53,834 nt of DNA from Candidatus Falkowbacteria bacterium (GTDB lineage Bacteria; Patescibacteriota; Patescibacteriia; UBA11705; JABHMO01), in assembly GCA_018674305.1 (NCBI GenBank), contig JABHAL010000013.1, positions 74,553-128,386 of the forward strand, read 5' to 3'. How positions within the stretch are numbered: position 1 is the stretch's first letter; each line of letters begins with the position of its first letter. The notes under the pieces were generated by a model that searched no databases, had not been told where the DNA came from, and worked only from the letters and a program-made list of their open reading frames with translations. A program made the position numbers and the translations under genes. Below are positions 7,406-16,754 of this stretch, piece by piece.

Positions 7406-9205
7406 ATGGACAAAGAACAACTTGAAACAATGCGCCACTCTTTAAGTCACGTCATGGCGCAAGCAGTGTTAAAACTTTACCCTAATGCTAAATTAGCTAT
7501 TGGGCCAGCTATTGATAATGGATTTTATTATGATTTTGATCTTGGAGAAGATTCATTTTCTAAAGCTGATTCAAAAAAAATTGAAAAGGAAATGCGTAAG
7601 ATCGTTTCCAAAGATCAAAAGTTTGAGCATTTTAATTTATCAATTGAAGAAGCTAAGAAAAAGCTCAAAGATAATCCCTACAAGCTGGAAATGATTAAAG
7701 ACTTGGCAGCTGAGGGTGAAAAAGAAATAAGCTTTTACAAAAACCTAGACAAAGATGGCAATGAAGTATTTGTAGATATGTGTCGTGGCCCACACGTGGA
7801 ATCAACGAAAGCTGTTGGTGCTTTTAAACTACATAAAGTGGCCGGTGCTTATTGGAAAGGCGATGAAAAGAACAAAATGCTTCAGCGAATTTACGGTTTA
7901 GCCTTTGAAACTAGAGAAGAGATTGAAGATTATTTAAAAATGCTTGAAGAAGCAGAAAAAAGAGATCATCGAGTAATTGGTAAAGATTTATTTTTACTTG
8001 ATCCTAAAGTTGGTGTTGGTTTACCAATGTGGAAACCTAAAGGCGCACTACTTTGGCGATTGATTGAAGACTTTTGGTATGAAGCGCATTTAGATAATGG
8101 CTATGAGTTAGTTAAAAGTCCTCATATTGGATCAAGGGAGTTATGGGAAACTTCTGGACATTGGAATTTTTATAATGATTCAATGTTCCCAGTGCTCGAA
8201 GTTAGTAAAACGTTGCAAGAATATCAAGAGGGCAAAGCAGTTGATCGGCCAAAAGAAGAATATTTACTTAAACCAATGAATTGCCCGTTCGCTATGCAGG
8301 TTTACAATGCAGATAAATGGTCATATCGCGATTTGCCATTGCGCTGGGCAGAGTGTGGCACAGTTTACCGTTATGAAAAATCAGGTGAACTATCAGGGCT
8401 GACTCGAGTTCGTGGTTTTACTCAGGATGATGCGCATATTATTTGTACTGAAGAACAAGTTGAAGCGGAGTTGGTTCGCGTAGCAAACTTTGTTAAATTT
8501 ATATTTGATTCATTTGGTTTTAAGGATTATAAAATATATTTATCAGTTAGTGATCCAAAAAATCCAGATAAATATGTGGGTAATCCCAAAGATTGGAAAA
8601 TGGGTGAAAAGGTTTTAGAAAAAGTAGCTAAAGGTCTTGGTATTGAATATGAGATTGAAGAAGGGGAAGCTGCATTTTACGGACCGAAATTAGATTACAA
8701 AGTAAAAGATGTTCTGGGCCGTGAGTGGCAATGTTCAACCATTCAATTTGATTTCAATCTGCCTGAAAGATTTGATATGACTTATACTAATTCCAAGGGA
8801 GAAGAGGATCGGCCGTTTATGATTCACAGGGCGTTGTTTGGTTCATTTGAACGGTTTATGGGATTATTAATTGAACACTATGCTGGATCATTTCCATTAT
8901 GGTTGTCACCAGAGCAGGTTCGAGTTTTGCCAGTTTCAGAAAAGTTTAATGATTATGCAGAAGAGGTGGTTGAAGAACTAAAAAGTAAAAAGATCCGAGT
9001 TAAAATGGATAGTGATGGAGATTCTTTACCGAAACGAATTAGAAATGGAGAAAAAGCCAAGGTCCCATATTTATTAGTTGTCGGAGAAAAGGAAGTCAAA
9101 GACAAAACTGTAGCTGTACGCAAACGGTCAGAGGGGGATTTAGGTGCCAAAAATTTATCTGAAGTTGTTAATCAAATAGTTGAAGAAAATTTGAATAAAA
9201 GTTAA
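7406..9205 (+). CDS. thrS: Threonyl-tRNA synthetase, short form without an N-terminal TGS domain
   Basis: 599 aa. It starts at the editing/SAD domain (HSLSHVMAQAV, GPHV), followed by the class II core (RVRGFTQDDAHIF-like) and an anticodon-binding C-terminus. Confidence 0.92.
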   Translation: MDKEQLETMRHSLSHVMAQAVLKLYPNAKLAIGPAIDNGFYYDFDLGEDSFSKADSKKIEKEMRKIVSKDQKFEHFNLSIEEAKKKLKDNPYKLEMIKDLAAEGEKEISFYKNLDKDGNEVFVDMCRGPHVESTKAVGAFKLHKVAGAYWKGDEKNKMLQRIYGLAFETREEIEDYLKMLEEAEKRDHRVIGKDLFLLDPKVGVGLPMWKPKGALLWRLIEDFWYEAHLDNGYELVKSPHIGSRELWETSGHWNFYNDSMFPVLEVSKTLQEYQEGKAVDRPKEEYLLKPMNCPFAMQVYNADKWSYRDLPLRWAECGTVYRYEKSGELSGLTRVRGFTQDDAHIICTEEQVEAELVRVANFVKFIFDSFGFKDYKIYLSVSDPKNPDKYVGNPKDWKMGEKVLEKVAKGLGIEYEIEEGEAAFYGPKLDYKVKDVLGREWQCSTIQFDFNLPERFDMTYTNSKGEEDRPFMIHRALFGSFERFMGLLIEHYAGSFPLWLSPEQVRVLPVSEKFNDYAEEVVEELKSKKIRVKMDSDGDSLPKRIRNGEKAKVPYLLVVGEKEVKDKTVAVRKRSEGDLGAKNLSEVVNQIVEENLNKS

Positions 9206-9225
9206 TAACACAATTTAAAATTAGA

Positions 9226-9252
9226 AAAGCGAGCCGTATGAGGGCTCGCTTT
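9226..9252. terminator. Bidirectional terminator between convergent genes
   Basis: GCGAGCC/GGCTCGC stem flanked by an A-run and a T-run. Confidence 0.7.
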
Positions 9253-9263
9253 GTTGTTGTTCA

Positions 9264-9899
9264 TTATTTTGACTCCTTGCGGAATTTTCCTTTCTCGGTT
9301 TGACTTTCGTCGTAAAATCGATACATTCGCACGATGAGTAAGAAGAAAATTCTGGCATCGGTCAACTTAGTTGAAATGTTGACTGTCGGTACTGGGTGTT
9401 CGTACTCGGGCCTTAAAAAGGTAACCCGAGTCTCTTGATTTTCCTGGTCATTGTTTTCAAAAACAACGTGTGCTTTTGGAAAGTCAAAGCCAGGAATGGG
9501 TGAGTGACCTTGTCTAAGAGCATTGTCCCAATGCTCCGACTCTTGCTTGGCAAAGATAAAATGTTTTGGTGTATGGTCACCTCTGAATTCATCACGAACT
9601 CTTTCAATAGCTTCTACTGAAAGGTCCGGAAAAAGTTTTATGAGTGGATCAATTGCTTTCAAAATTGTAGCCATCTCATAGTGATTGAGTAATTCACCAG
9701 TAACTAGCTTCTTTAGGTATTCTTCAATCATTTGAGGCTCTGCCGCTGGTTGAGGGTTGGACTCAAGTTTTGTTTGAGTGGTTAAGTTTTCAAAGAAGAT
9801 TACTTGCGTAACGCTGGTTTTCCCACAGTCTTCTTCAGATGGCGATTTCGGCGATCCAAAGGAGACAGTGATCACAGTGTCATCTTTTCTTAGTGACAT
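9264..9899 (-). CDS. Hypothetical protein (G+C-richer single-gene unit)
   Basis: 211-aa ORF with AGGAGG 7 nt upstream of the ATG, its own promoter and a shared terminator. No family recognised. Confidence 0.65.
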   Translation of the reverse strand: MSLRKDDTVITVSFGSPKSPSEEDCGKTSVTQVIFFENLTTQTKLESNPQPAAEPQMIEEYLKKLVTGELLNHYEMATILKAIDPLIKLFPDLSVEAIERVRDEFRGDHTPKHFIFAKQESEHWDNALRQGHSPIPGFDFPKAHVVFENNDQENQETRVTFLRPEYEHPVPTVNISTKLTDARIFFLLIVRMYRFYDESQTEKGKFRKESK

Positions 9900-9943
9900 G
9901 ATCTGCCTCCTGACTGTTTAGGTTCTTACTACGTAATTGTACC

Positions 9944-9972
9944 ATTATTACATTTTTTTATTTATTTGTCAA
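9944..9972 (-). promoter_or_regulatory. Sigma70-type promoter (TTGACA-17-TGtAATAAT)
   Basis: On the minus strand, -35 lies at 9967-9972 and -10 at 9944-9949. Confidence 0.6.
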
Positions 9973-9978
9973 GTAGTC

Positions 9979-10007
9979 TTACAATTTTCCATAAAATAAG
10001 GTATAAT
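9979..10007 (+). promoter_or_regulatory. Sigma70-type promoter (TTACAA-17-TATAAT)
   Basis: -35 at 9979-9984 and -10 TATAAT at 10002-10007. It is divergent from the previous promoter. Confidence 0.6.
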
Positions 10008-10055
10008 AGCCTTAGTTAATTTCATGAAACAAGTAAATAAGAAATAAGTAAATTT

Positions 10056-12158
10056 ATGGTCAATAAAAGGCTAGTTGTAATTTTAGTTTTATTAACATTC
10101 ATGATAAGTACCACAGTTTTTGCTGCCAGTGACCCGTATTTTAGTAAGCAATGGTATTTACAAGAAATAATGGCTCCTGATGCTTGGACAATAACCAATG
10201 GTAAATCCTCGGTTATAGTTGCAGTTTTGGATACAGGCGTTGACGTAAATCACCCAGACTTAGCTAATAATATTTGGGTTAATACAGGAGAAATTGCTGG
10301 TGATAATATTGATAATGATAGTAACGGTTATAAAGATGATCGTAATGGTTATGATTTTATTAATAATAGAGCTAATCCAGAGCCCAAGATAACTGGAAGT
10401 TTTGTGGCTAGTGCTGCTAATCATGGTACCTTTGTTTCAGGTTTGATTTCAGCGGTTCATAACAATAATAAGGGGATAAAGGGAGTGACTGCTAATGTGA
10501 AAATAATGCCTTTGGTTGTGTTAAATTCATCTGGTCTGGGAGGATCAAGTGATGTGGCAGATGCAATTGATTATGCGGTTGATAATGGGGCAGATATTAT
10601 AAATTTAAGTTTTGGTGGCGACGAGCATAGCAGTAAATTAAAAAATGCAATTACGAACGCTTACAAGAATGGAGTTTTGATAGTGGCCGCAGCTGGTAAT
10701 GCGGCAGAAGGAGAAACTAATGGAATTGATATGTCCAAAAAACCACTATACCCAATTTGCTATGATCAAGAGTTTAAAGAAAATAAAATATTAGGTGTTT
10801 TATCCAGCGATAAAAGCAATAAGGTCTCAGCTTTTTCGAATTATGGGAAAGATTGTATAGATATAGCTGCACCAGGCGAAGATATGGTTAGTTTGTTGTA
10901 TCATGATACAAATTATTCCCAGTTTGATCAGGCTTATGATACCAGTTGGAATGGGACTTCATTTTCGGCAGCATTAGTTTCTGGAGTCGCGGCCTTGATG
11001 AAATCAGCTAACAGTAATATATCTCCAAAGCAAATTATTGAAACTGTTATCCAGGAAAGTAATATGTTGTTTTTAAATAATGCTAAATGGAAGGGTAAAG
11101 CTGGCTCAGGTGTTTTAAATGCGAAAAAAGCAGTTGAAGCAGCTAACTCTCTTTCCGGTGGACAGTCCACAACTCCCTCAACCCCAAATACACCAGTAGT
11201 TTCAACTCCAGCAACTTTCTCAGTTCCAACTAATACTAAAACCGGGCCAGTTACTGGTGGTTCCGAAATTATAGTTTCTACTCAAAAGAGTGGTTATAGT
11301 TCAGTAAATTTTTATAATTCATCGTTTGGTAAAAAAGATGAGATTGAACTTATAAAAGGAGATCAATTTACCGGGTTGAATATTCAAGCAATTGATATTG
11401 ACGGGGGGGGTAAGGAAATAATTGCTGGAACTACAAGAGGCGCTCAACCATTTGTCCGAGTAATAAATCGTTCAGGTGTAATTTTGTCTAGTATTCTAGC
11501 TTTTGGTAATGATTTCAAAGGTGGAGTAGAAGTGGCTGCAGGTGACGTAGATGGTGATGGTGAAGTCGAAATAATTGCTGCTCCACAATCAGGATTTAGC
11601 CCACTAGTTAGAATATTTAATTTAAAAGGTCAGCTTGAAAAGGAATTTTTCGCTTATAACAAAAGTTACAAAAAGGGAATTAATATTGAAGTTGGTGATG
11701 TAGATGGTGATGGTAACTTGGAAATTATTTGTGCACCACATGATGGGATAATGCCTAAGATAAAAATTTTTGATCATCAAGGAAATCTAAAAAAAGAAAT
11801 TATAGCATATGCGCCACAGTTTATGGGTGGTGTTAATATTTCTGTAGCTGATGTTAATGATGATGGAGTGGCTGATATTGTGACCGGCGCTGGTGCTACT
11901 GGCGGTCCACATGTGAAAGTTTTTAAATATAATGGCTCTGTTATTGCTAGCTTTTTTGCTTATAAATCAAGTTTTTCTGGAGGAGTGGAAGTTGAAGCGG
12001 GCGACTGGGATAATGATGATGAAGTTGATATTATTACTGCGCCAGGACCAGGTGGCGGGCCACATATTAAAATTTTTACTAACATTGGAGGGTTCAAGGC
12101 TGAATTTTTCCCGTTTTCATCTAATTTCACATCTGGTATTAATATAGCTGTAATGTAA
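10056..12158 (+). CDS. Secreted S8 subtilisin-like serine protease with C-terminal FG-GAP/VCBS-like repeats
   Basis: Signal peptide ends in TTVFAAS. Catalytic triad contexts are VAVLDTGVD, HGTFVSG and GTSFSAALVSG. A Thr/Pro linker is followed by about five repeats of the GDVDGDGEVEII type. Confidence 0.88.
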   Translation: MVNKRLVVILVLLTFMISTTVFAASDPYFSKQWYLQEIMAPDAWTITNGKSSVIVAVLDTGVDVNHPDLANNIWVNTGEIAGDNIDNDSNGYKDDRNGYDFINNRANPEPKITGSFVASAANHGTFVSGLISAVHNNNKGIKGVTANVKIMPLVVLNSSGLGGSSDVADAIDYAVDNGADIINLSFGGDEHSSKLKNAITNAYKNGVLIVAAAGNAAEGETNGIDMSKKPLYPICYDQEFKENKILGVLSSDKSNKVSAFSNYGKDCIDIAAPGEDMVSLLYHDTNYSQFDQAYDTSWNGTSFSAALVSGVAALMKSANSNISPKQIIETVIQESNMLFLNNAKWKGKAGSGVLNAKKAVEAANSLSGGQSTTPSTPNTPVVSTPATFSVPTNTKTGPVTGGSEIIVSTQKSGYSSVNFYNSSFGKKDEIELIKGDQFTGLNIQAIDIDGGGKEIIAGTTRGAQPFVRVINRSGVILSSILAFGNDFKGGVEVAAGDVDGDGEVEIIAAPQSGFSPLVRIFNLKGQLEKEFFAYNKSYKKGINIEVGDVDGDGNLEIICAPHDGIMPKIKIFDHQGNLKKEIIAYAPQFMGGVNISVADVNDDGVADIVTGAGATGGPHVKVFKYNGSVIASFFAYKSSFSGGVEVEAGDWDNDDEVDIITAPGPGGGPHIKIFTNIGGFKAEFFPFSSNFTSGINIAVM

Positions 12159-12228
12159 AATAAGCTATTTACAATCTAGAGAATTTAGTCTAAACTAATA
12201 CATTAATACAATAATTTATTCTTTCCCT

Positions 12229-12684
12229 ATGATAGAAGATGTAAAGATTAAGCCTTTAAAAAAATACTGTGACGATCGAGGGTTTTTTACAGAAGTAATC
12301 AAGGAGGGGGAAGACACTTTTCATCCTGTTAAACAAACAAGCTACACTGAGACTCATCCTGGAGTAATTAAAGCTTTTCATTGGCACAAAAAACAATGGG
12401 ATGTCTGGTTTGTTCTAAAGGGCATGGCGCAGGTGGTACTTTATGATTTGCGTTGGGGCTCTCCAACCCGAGGAAAAACTCAAGTGATTTGTGCCGGTGA
12501 GGACAATCCATGTTTAATTTCCATTCCACCGGGAGTAGCTCACGGTTATAGAGTTTTAGGTAATCAAAAAGTTGGACTTTTATATCACACAAGTGAGGTC
12601 TACAATCCTGCTGAGCCAGATGAAGAAAGAATTCCATTTGATGATCCTCAAATTAGTTTTGATTGGTCCACTCAAAATCGTTAA
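12229..12684 (+). CDS. rfbC: dTDP-4-dehydrorhamnose 3,5-epimerase (short cupin form)
   Basis: 151 aa with DDRGFFTE, FHWHKKQWD and PPGVAHGY motifs. Confidence 0.8.
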   Translation: MIEDVKIKPLKKYCDDRGFFTEVIKEGEDTFHPVKQTSYTETHPGVIKAFHWHKKQWDVWFVLKGMAQVVLYDLRWGSPTRGKTQVICAGEDNPCLISIPPGVAHGYRVLGNQKVGLLYHTSEVYNPAEPDEERIPFDDPQISFDWSTQNR

Positions 12685-12729
12685 TTATTTCGACTTGTGT
12701 CGAAATTGAAAAATAAAAAATAAAAAAAT

Positions 12730-13302
12730 ATGGAGAACAAAGAGCAGATTGTATTTGCTCCATACGATCGGATTTTAAAATATGCTCTTCCGCTCGTACC
12801 AAAAAGTGTTAAGCCTAACCACCTAACGTTTATTCGGTTAATTTTTTCTCCCATCTTAATTGTTTTATTGGTGGGAGACGAATTTCTGATAGCTATAATT
12901 CTATTTGTGATTTTAGCTATCACCGACATGCTAGATGGGACGTTAGCTCGCTTGCGTAATCAGATTACTGATTGGGGAAAAATATGGGATCCGATCGCGG
13001 ACAAATTATTGATTGGAATTGTAGTAGCAACTTTATTGCTACAGATTAATCTGAATTTAACTATTTTATTGCTAGCCTTTGAGCTGGCTTTTATTTTGGG
13101 CGGAGCTTTTAGTCGAATGAAGCAGATAGAAGTGATGGCCAATGTTTGGGGTAAAATCAAAATGAATTTACAGTGTTTTGGTGCTGGCTTTTTGATGTTG
13201 GGTTTTATGTTAAATATAGGTTTACTGATTTTCTTGGCTCAGGTTTTACTATACACCAGTATCGGTTTTGCTTCTCTCAGTATGTTGAAAAAAGGAATAT
13301 AA
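12730..13302 (+). CDS. CDP-alcohol phosphatidyltransferase family protein
   Basis: DMLDGTLARLRNQITDWGKIWDPIADKL fits D-x2-DG-x2-AR-x8-G-x3-D-x3-D. Multi-TM protein. Confidence 0.85.
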   Translation: MENKEQIVFAPYDRILKYALPLVPKSVKPNHLTFIRLIFSPILIVLLVGDEFLIAIILFVILAITDMLDGTLARLRNQITDWGKIWDPIADKLLIGIVVATLLLQINLNLTILLLAFELAFILGGAFSRMKQIEVMANVWGKIKMNLQCFGAGFLMLGFMLNIGLLIFLAQVLLYTSIGFASLSMLKKGI

Positions 13303-13339
13303 ATTGATATATTGTTAAATTGCTAAACTGTTTAGGAGT

Positions 13340-13717
13340 ATGGAAAAAAAATATTTGGGATTAAAAGATATTAGTGCATATAATATAGCCTTTGATTTAT
13401 CTAATGATGTTTGGGAAATTGTAGTTAGTTGGGATTATTTTGCTAAAAATACTGTTGGTATGCAATGGGTAAGATCAGTTGATTCTATGTCGGCAAATAT
13501 TGCAGAGGGTTTTGGGCGATACACAAAGAAGGATAAGATAAAGTTCTATCGATATTGCTTCGGATCTTTGAAAGAATCTCAAGATTGGTTAGAAAAGGCT
13601 AATATTAGAAAATTTATTTCAGAAGACCAGTATAAGTACATTGAAGGTAAATTAAGCGGTCTACCTCGGGAAATGAATCATTTGATTAAGTATACAAACG
13701 AAAAATTAGAAATATAA
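13340..13717 (+). CDS. Four-helix-bundle protein (23S rRNA intervening-sequence protein family)
   Basis: 125 aa. ANIAEGFGRYTKKDKIKFYRYCFGSLKESQDWL resembles the family core NIAEG.GR....F...A.GS..E. Confidence 0.7.
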   Translation: MEKKYLGLKDISAYNIAFDLSNDVWEIVVSWDYFAKNTVGMQWVRSVDSMSANIAEGFGRYTKKDKIKFYRYCFGSLKESQDWLEKANIRKFISEDQYKYIEGKLSGLPREMNHLIKYTNEKLEI

Positions 13718-13734
13718 ATTATTAAATTGTTTAA

Positions 13735-13790
13735 ACAATATAACAATATAACAATATAACAATATAACAATATAACAATATAACAATATG
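13735..13790 (+). repeat. Tandem octamer (ACAATATA) x ~7 running into the HIT start codon
   Basis: Units start at 13735, 13743, 13751, 13759, 13767, 13775 and 13783. The last unit supplies the ATG at 13788. Confidence 0.95.
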
Positions 13791-14198
13791 ACTAACTGCT
13801 TGTTTTGTAAAATTGCTAGCGGAGAAATTCCTTCTCAAAAAATTTATGAGGACGATGATACTTTAGCATTTCTAGATATTAATCCAGTGAATCCTGGACA
13901 TGTTTTAATAATTCCCAAAGAACATTTTGTTAATATGGCAGAGGCTAGTGGAGAGGCATTACGGAATTTAATTAGCGTAGCGCCAAAAATTGCCAAAGCT
14001 GTTTGTGAAGCCCTTGATTATAAGGGTTATAATTTCAGTACAAATAATGGTGGCATAGCCGGGCAGGAAGTGATGCATTTACATTTTCATATTATTCCTC
14101 GTAAGAAAGATGATGGTCACCCTAGGTTTATTAGAGGTGGATATGAGGAAGGACAAATGGAGGAAATAGCCTTGAAAATAAATAAAGCATTAAAATAA
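13788..14198 (+). CDS. HIT-family nucleotide hydrolase/transferase
   Basis: CLFCKI start and the histidine triad HLHFHIIPR. Confidence 0.9.
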   Translation: MTNCLFCKIASGEIPSQKIYEDDDTLAFLDINPVNPGHVLIIPKEHFVNMAEASGEALRNLISVAPKIAKAVCEALDYKGYNFSTNNGGIAGQEVMHLHFHIIPRKKDDGHPRFIRGGYEEGQMEEIALKINKALK

Positions 14199-14205
14199 AA
14201 AAAGT

Positions 14206-14424
14206 ATGAAAGATGATGACATTCTAAATGTTTCAGAGGCTGAGTTAAAAAAGTATGAACAGGCTATGAACGATCCTCAGCAACGAGTGAAAATTTTGAC
14301 TCAAATCAAAAAAGTATTTGAGGGATTTATGTTCTGGAAACAAACAACATCTAAAAAACAACAAGTTGCTGAAGAAGCAGAACAAGATATTGATAAAGCA
14401 CGCGATTCAATAAAAAATTTATAA
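14206..14424 (+). CDS. Hypothetical small helical protein
   Basis: 72-aa ORF tightly packed between the HIT gene and the 771-aa ORF, with gaps of 7 and 1 nt. Confidence 0.55.
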   Translation: MKDDDILNVSEAELKKYEQAMNDPQQRVKILTQIKKVFEGFMFWKQTTSKKQQVAEEAEQDIDKARDSIKNL

Positions 14425-14425
14425 T

Positions 14426-16741
14426 ATGGAAAATAAAAATAGAATAAATATTTCAGAGTTGGACTTTCCCGATGATAGCAAGATTGAAAACCTCAATAAG
14501 GGAATGAAACCTGATTTGCCAGAAGGTAAAAAAGGAAAGTTAAAACCCGCTGAGGGCGAAGTGGAAACTTATAAAGGAATCCCTTTCGCTCCGCACAAAA
14601 AAGTGATAGTTACCGAAACACTATATGACATTATAATTGAAGAAGTTTGGGCGGAAAAAATAAAAAAACAAACTGAAATTGTCCGAGAACGGGTAAAAAC
14701 CGTTCCTATTGTTGAAATTACTGACGTTCCAGCAGGTGGAGAGGCTGAATACGAACAACTTTACGACGATAAAGGTGAGCCGATTCCAGATAAAGAATTG
14801 CCAACACCAAGAGTCAAAAGAACTGAACATGAATTCTCATCTCGTGAAGAGGCAGAAGCCTATGCTTCTGAAAAAGAAGCTGAAAGATTACTTGAAATTA
14901 CCAAAGAAATGGCTGGTGTTGCTAGAGAAGACCAAAAAGGTTTTATGGGTTATTTACGCAATAAAGGTCATCATTTAACAAAAAATGTTAGAGCTGGATT
15001 GGCTGCTTTAATGTTGTTAGTCCCAGTTGGTTCTATGGCCAAGGAGTATTCACAAACTAATGATCAACAAAAACAGGAACAAAGCTTGACTCAAGATGAA
15101 TTGGAGCTTATTCAAAGATATACAGATGAAAGTGGTAATACGATACATGGATTACATCAATATTTGACATCCCCGTATACATCACCAGAAGAAAGATTAA
15201 AAATACTTAAAGAGTTAAAAGAGAAATATGGAAAAGGAACTGAAGAGGGTGGAAAAAGCTTGGAATTTTCTATTCCTGTTGGTTTAGATATTGTCGAAAC
15301 AGAAAAAGAAGTAATACCAGACAGCGAAGCTCCCCCAGATGAAGCTCAGTTTGATATTAAAACTACTTTTGAAGAGTTGGAAGTAAAGACTCAAGAAAAA
15401 TTACCAGACAGAGTTGAGTTACAAGATGTTGAAAAGTCAATTTTTGAAGGTGGCGGAGTACGCATTAAATCTGATCGTTCACCAAAGTTTGAAGCTAAAG
15501 ATATGAGTGAACAAGATGTTGAGAAAATTAAACAAGCCATTTTAAATAAGGCGTTAACTGTTTTAGCAGAAAACAATGTTGATCCAGCAGAAGCTTCACT
15601 TACTTTAGTTGTTAGAGGTTTAGTAAGTCCCGAGGGGAATGCAAAGAAAAATAAAAATTTAAAAGATGCTAGAGGAAAGGGGGCGACTCAAATTGCAGAA
15701 AGCCAGCTGGATAAAATTAAGGCTGAGTTAGGAGTTGAAGATATTACAGTTGAATATGATACTGAAAATGGTGACGAGTTTGCTCGTCAAGTAAATGAGC
15801 AAAGAGAGCAGATTAAAGATATTTTTGGTATCGAATTAGAAAGTGAGTTAGTTAAATTTTTCAAAGCATATAATCGTGGGCAACTTGATTTAAGTAAATA
15901 TTCTGGAGAACAAGTGTCATTTCTGCAATCTGTTATGGATGAAGGTCGGGGAGCGGAAGTAGAAGTTTTCGTAAGTGGCACGGGGCGTTCGATTGAACCA
16001 AAAGTAGTAGAGGGCGAAACAGTTGAAAAAACAATGAAGGTTCCAGTACCAAAAATTGAAGTGATTGAAACAGGAAAAGGTGGAGGTGAAGATTTTACAA
16101 AAAAAGAAACAGAAGTTGACGTTAAATGGAAGAAGGTTAAAATAAATTTACCTCCAACTCAAGAAAAAGAAGTTACTCCAGATTCAAGACAAGATCCAGC
16201 TATCTTGGTTGAACATCATGGTGTGCAAGATCCGCAGATTCATTTTGAGCGACCAGCGAAAATTAAAAAAGGAAAAAGGGTAGTTCGTTATGATGAGAAA
16301 AGAGAGGTTGATGTTGACACGAAAGAAGGTGAAGAGGTTGATATAAAAAGACGGGTTAGGCGAATCAGAAAAGACGTTCCACCACCACCGCCACCACCAG
16401 GCAAATTGGCGGAGACAGCTCGTGGTACTCTGACTGATCCGCGACAGGCAACAAAAAGAAAAACATTATCCAGTGAAAATATTGGTAAGGGCGCACGTGG
16501 TGTGCGAGGGGAAAATGTTCGTAAACCTAAAAAAGAAGATGTGCGTGGTCAGACCGGTCGTCAAGAAAAAACAGACATTCACGGTGACGCAGTTGATTTA
16601 CCACGAGAAGCATTTATCAGTAAACGAACTGTGACTGGTAAGAAACGCGAACGTAACCTCAAAAAGAAAGAATGGCAAGCACCACGTCGGAAGAGACGAA
16701 AGTCTGTGCGGGCGGAGAAAGAGAAAGAGTTAGATTCGTAA
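14426..16741 (+). CDS. Hypothetical 771-aa highly charged protein with one TM segment, a poly-Pro tract and a basic tail
   Basis: Long ORF with a hydrophobic segment GLAALMLLVPVGSMA, a PPPPPPP tract (nt 16379-16399) and an Arg/Lys-rich C-terminus. No family recognised. Confidence 0.75.
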   Translation: MENKNRINISELDFPDDSKIENLNKGMKPDLPEGKKGKLKPAEGEVETYKGIPFAPHKKVIVTETLYDIIIEEVWAEKIKKQTEIVRERVKTVPIVEITDVPAGGEAEYEQLYDDKGEPIPDKELPTPRVKRTEHEFSSREEAEAYASEKEAERLLEITKEMAGVAREDQKGFMGYLRNKGHHLTKNVRAGLAALMLLVPVGSMAKEYSQTNDQQKQEQSLTQDELELIQRYTDESGNTIHGLHQYLTSPYTSPEERLKILKELKEKYGKGTEEGGKSLEFSIPVGLDIVETEKEVIPDSEAPPDEAQFDIKTTFEELEVKTQEKLPDRVELQDVEKSIFEGGGVRIKSDRSPKFEAKDMSEQDVEKIKQAILNKALTVLAENNVDPAEASLTLVVRGLVSPEGNAKKNKNLKDARGKGATQIAESQLDKIKAELGVEDITVEYDTENGDEFARQVNEQREQIKDIFGIELESELVKFFKAYNRGQLDLSKYSGEQVSFLQSVMDEGRGAEVEVFVSGTGRSIEPKVVEGETVEKTMKVPVPKIEVIETGKGGGEDFTKKETEVDVKWKKVKINLPPTQEKEVTPDSRQDPAILVEHHGVQDPQIHFERPAKIKKGKRVVRYDEKREVDVDTKEGEEVDIKRRVRRIRKDVPPPPPPPGKLAETARGTLTDPRQATKRKTLSSENIGKGARGVRGENVRKPKKEDVRGQTGRQEKTDIHGDAVDLPREAFISKRTVTGKKRERNLKKKEWQAPRRKRRKSVRAEKEKELDS

Positions 16742-16754
16742 TATTCGCGTAGAT

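Noticed and set aside
13735-13790. Possible CRISPR-like array (regular short repeats).
   Set aside because: It is a contiguous 8-nt microsatellite without spacers. No cas genes or 25-40-nt repeats occur anywhere in the window.
16379-16399. The poly-proline tract (PPPPPPP), considered as a slippage or frameshift site.
   Set aside because: The codons are mixed (CCA/CCG) and the reading frame continues cleanly on both sides. It is just a low-complexity linker.
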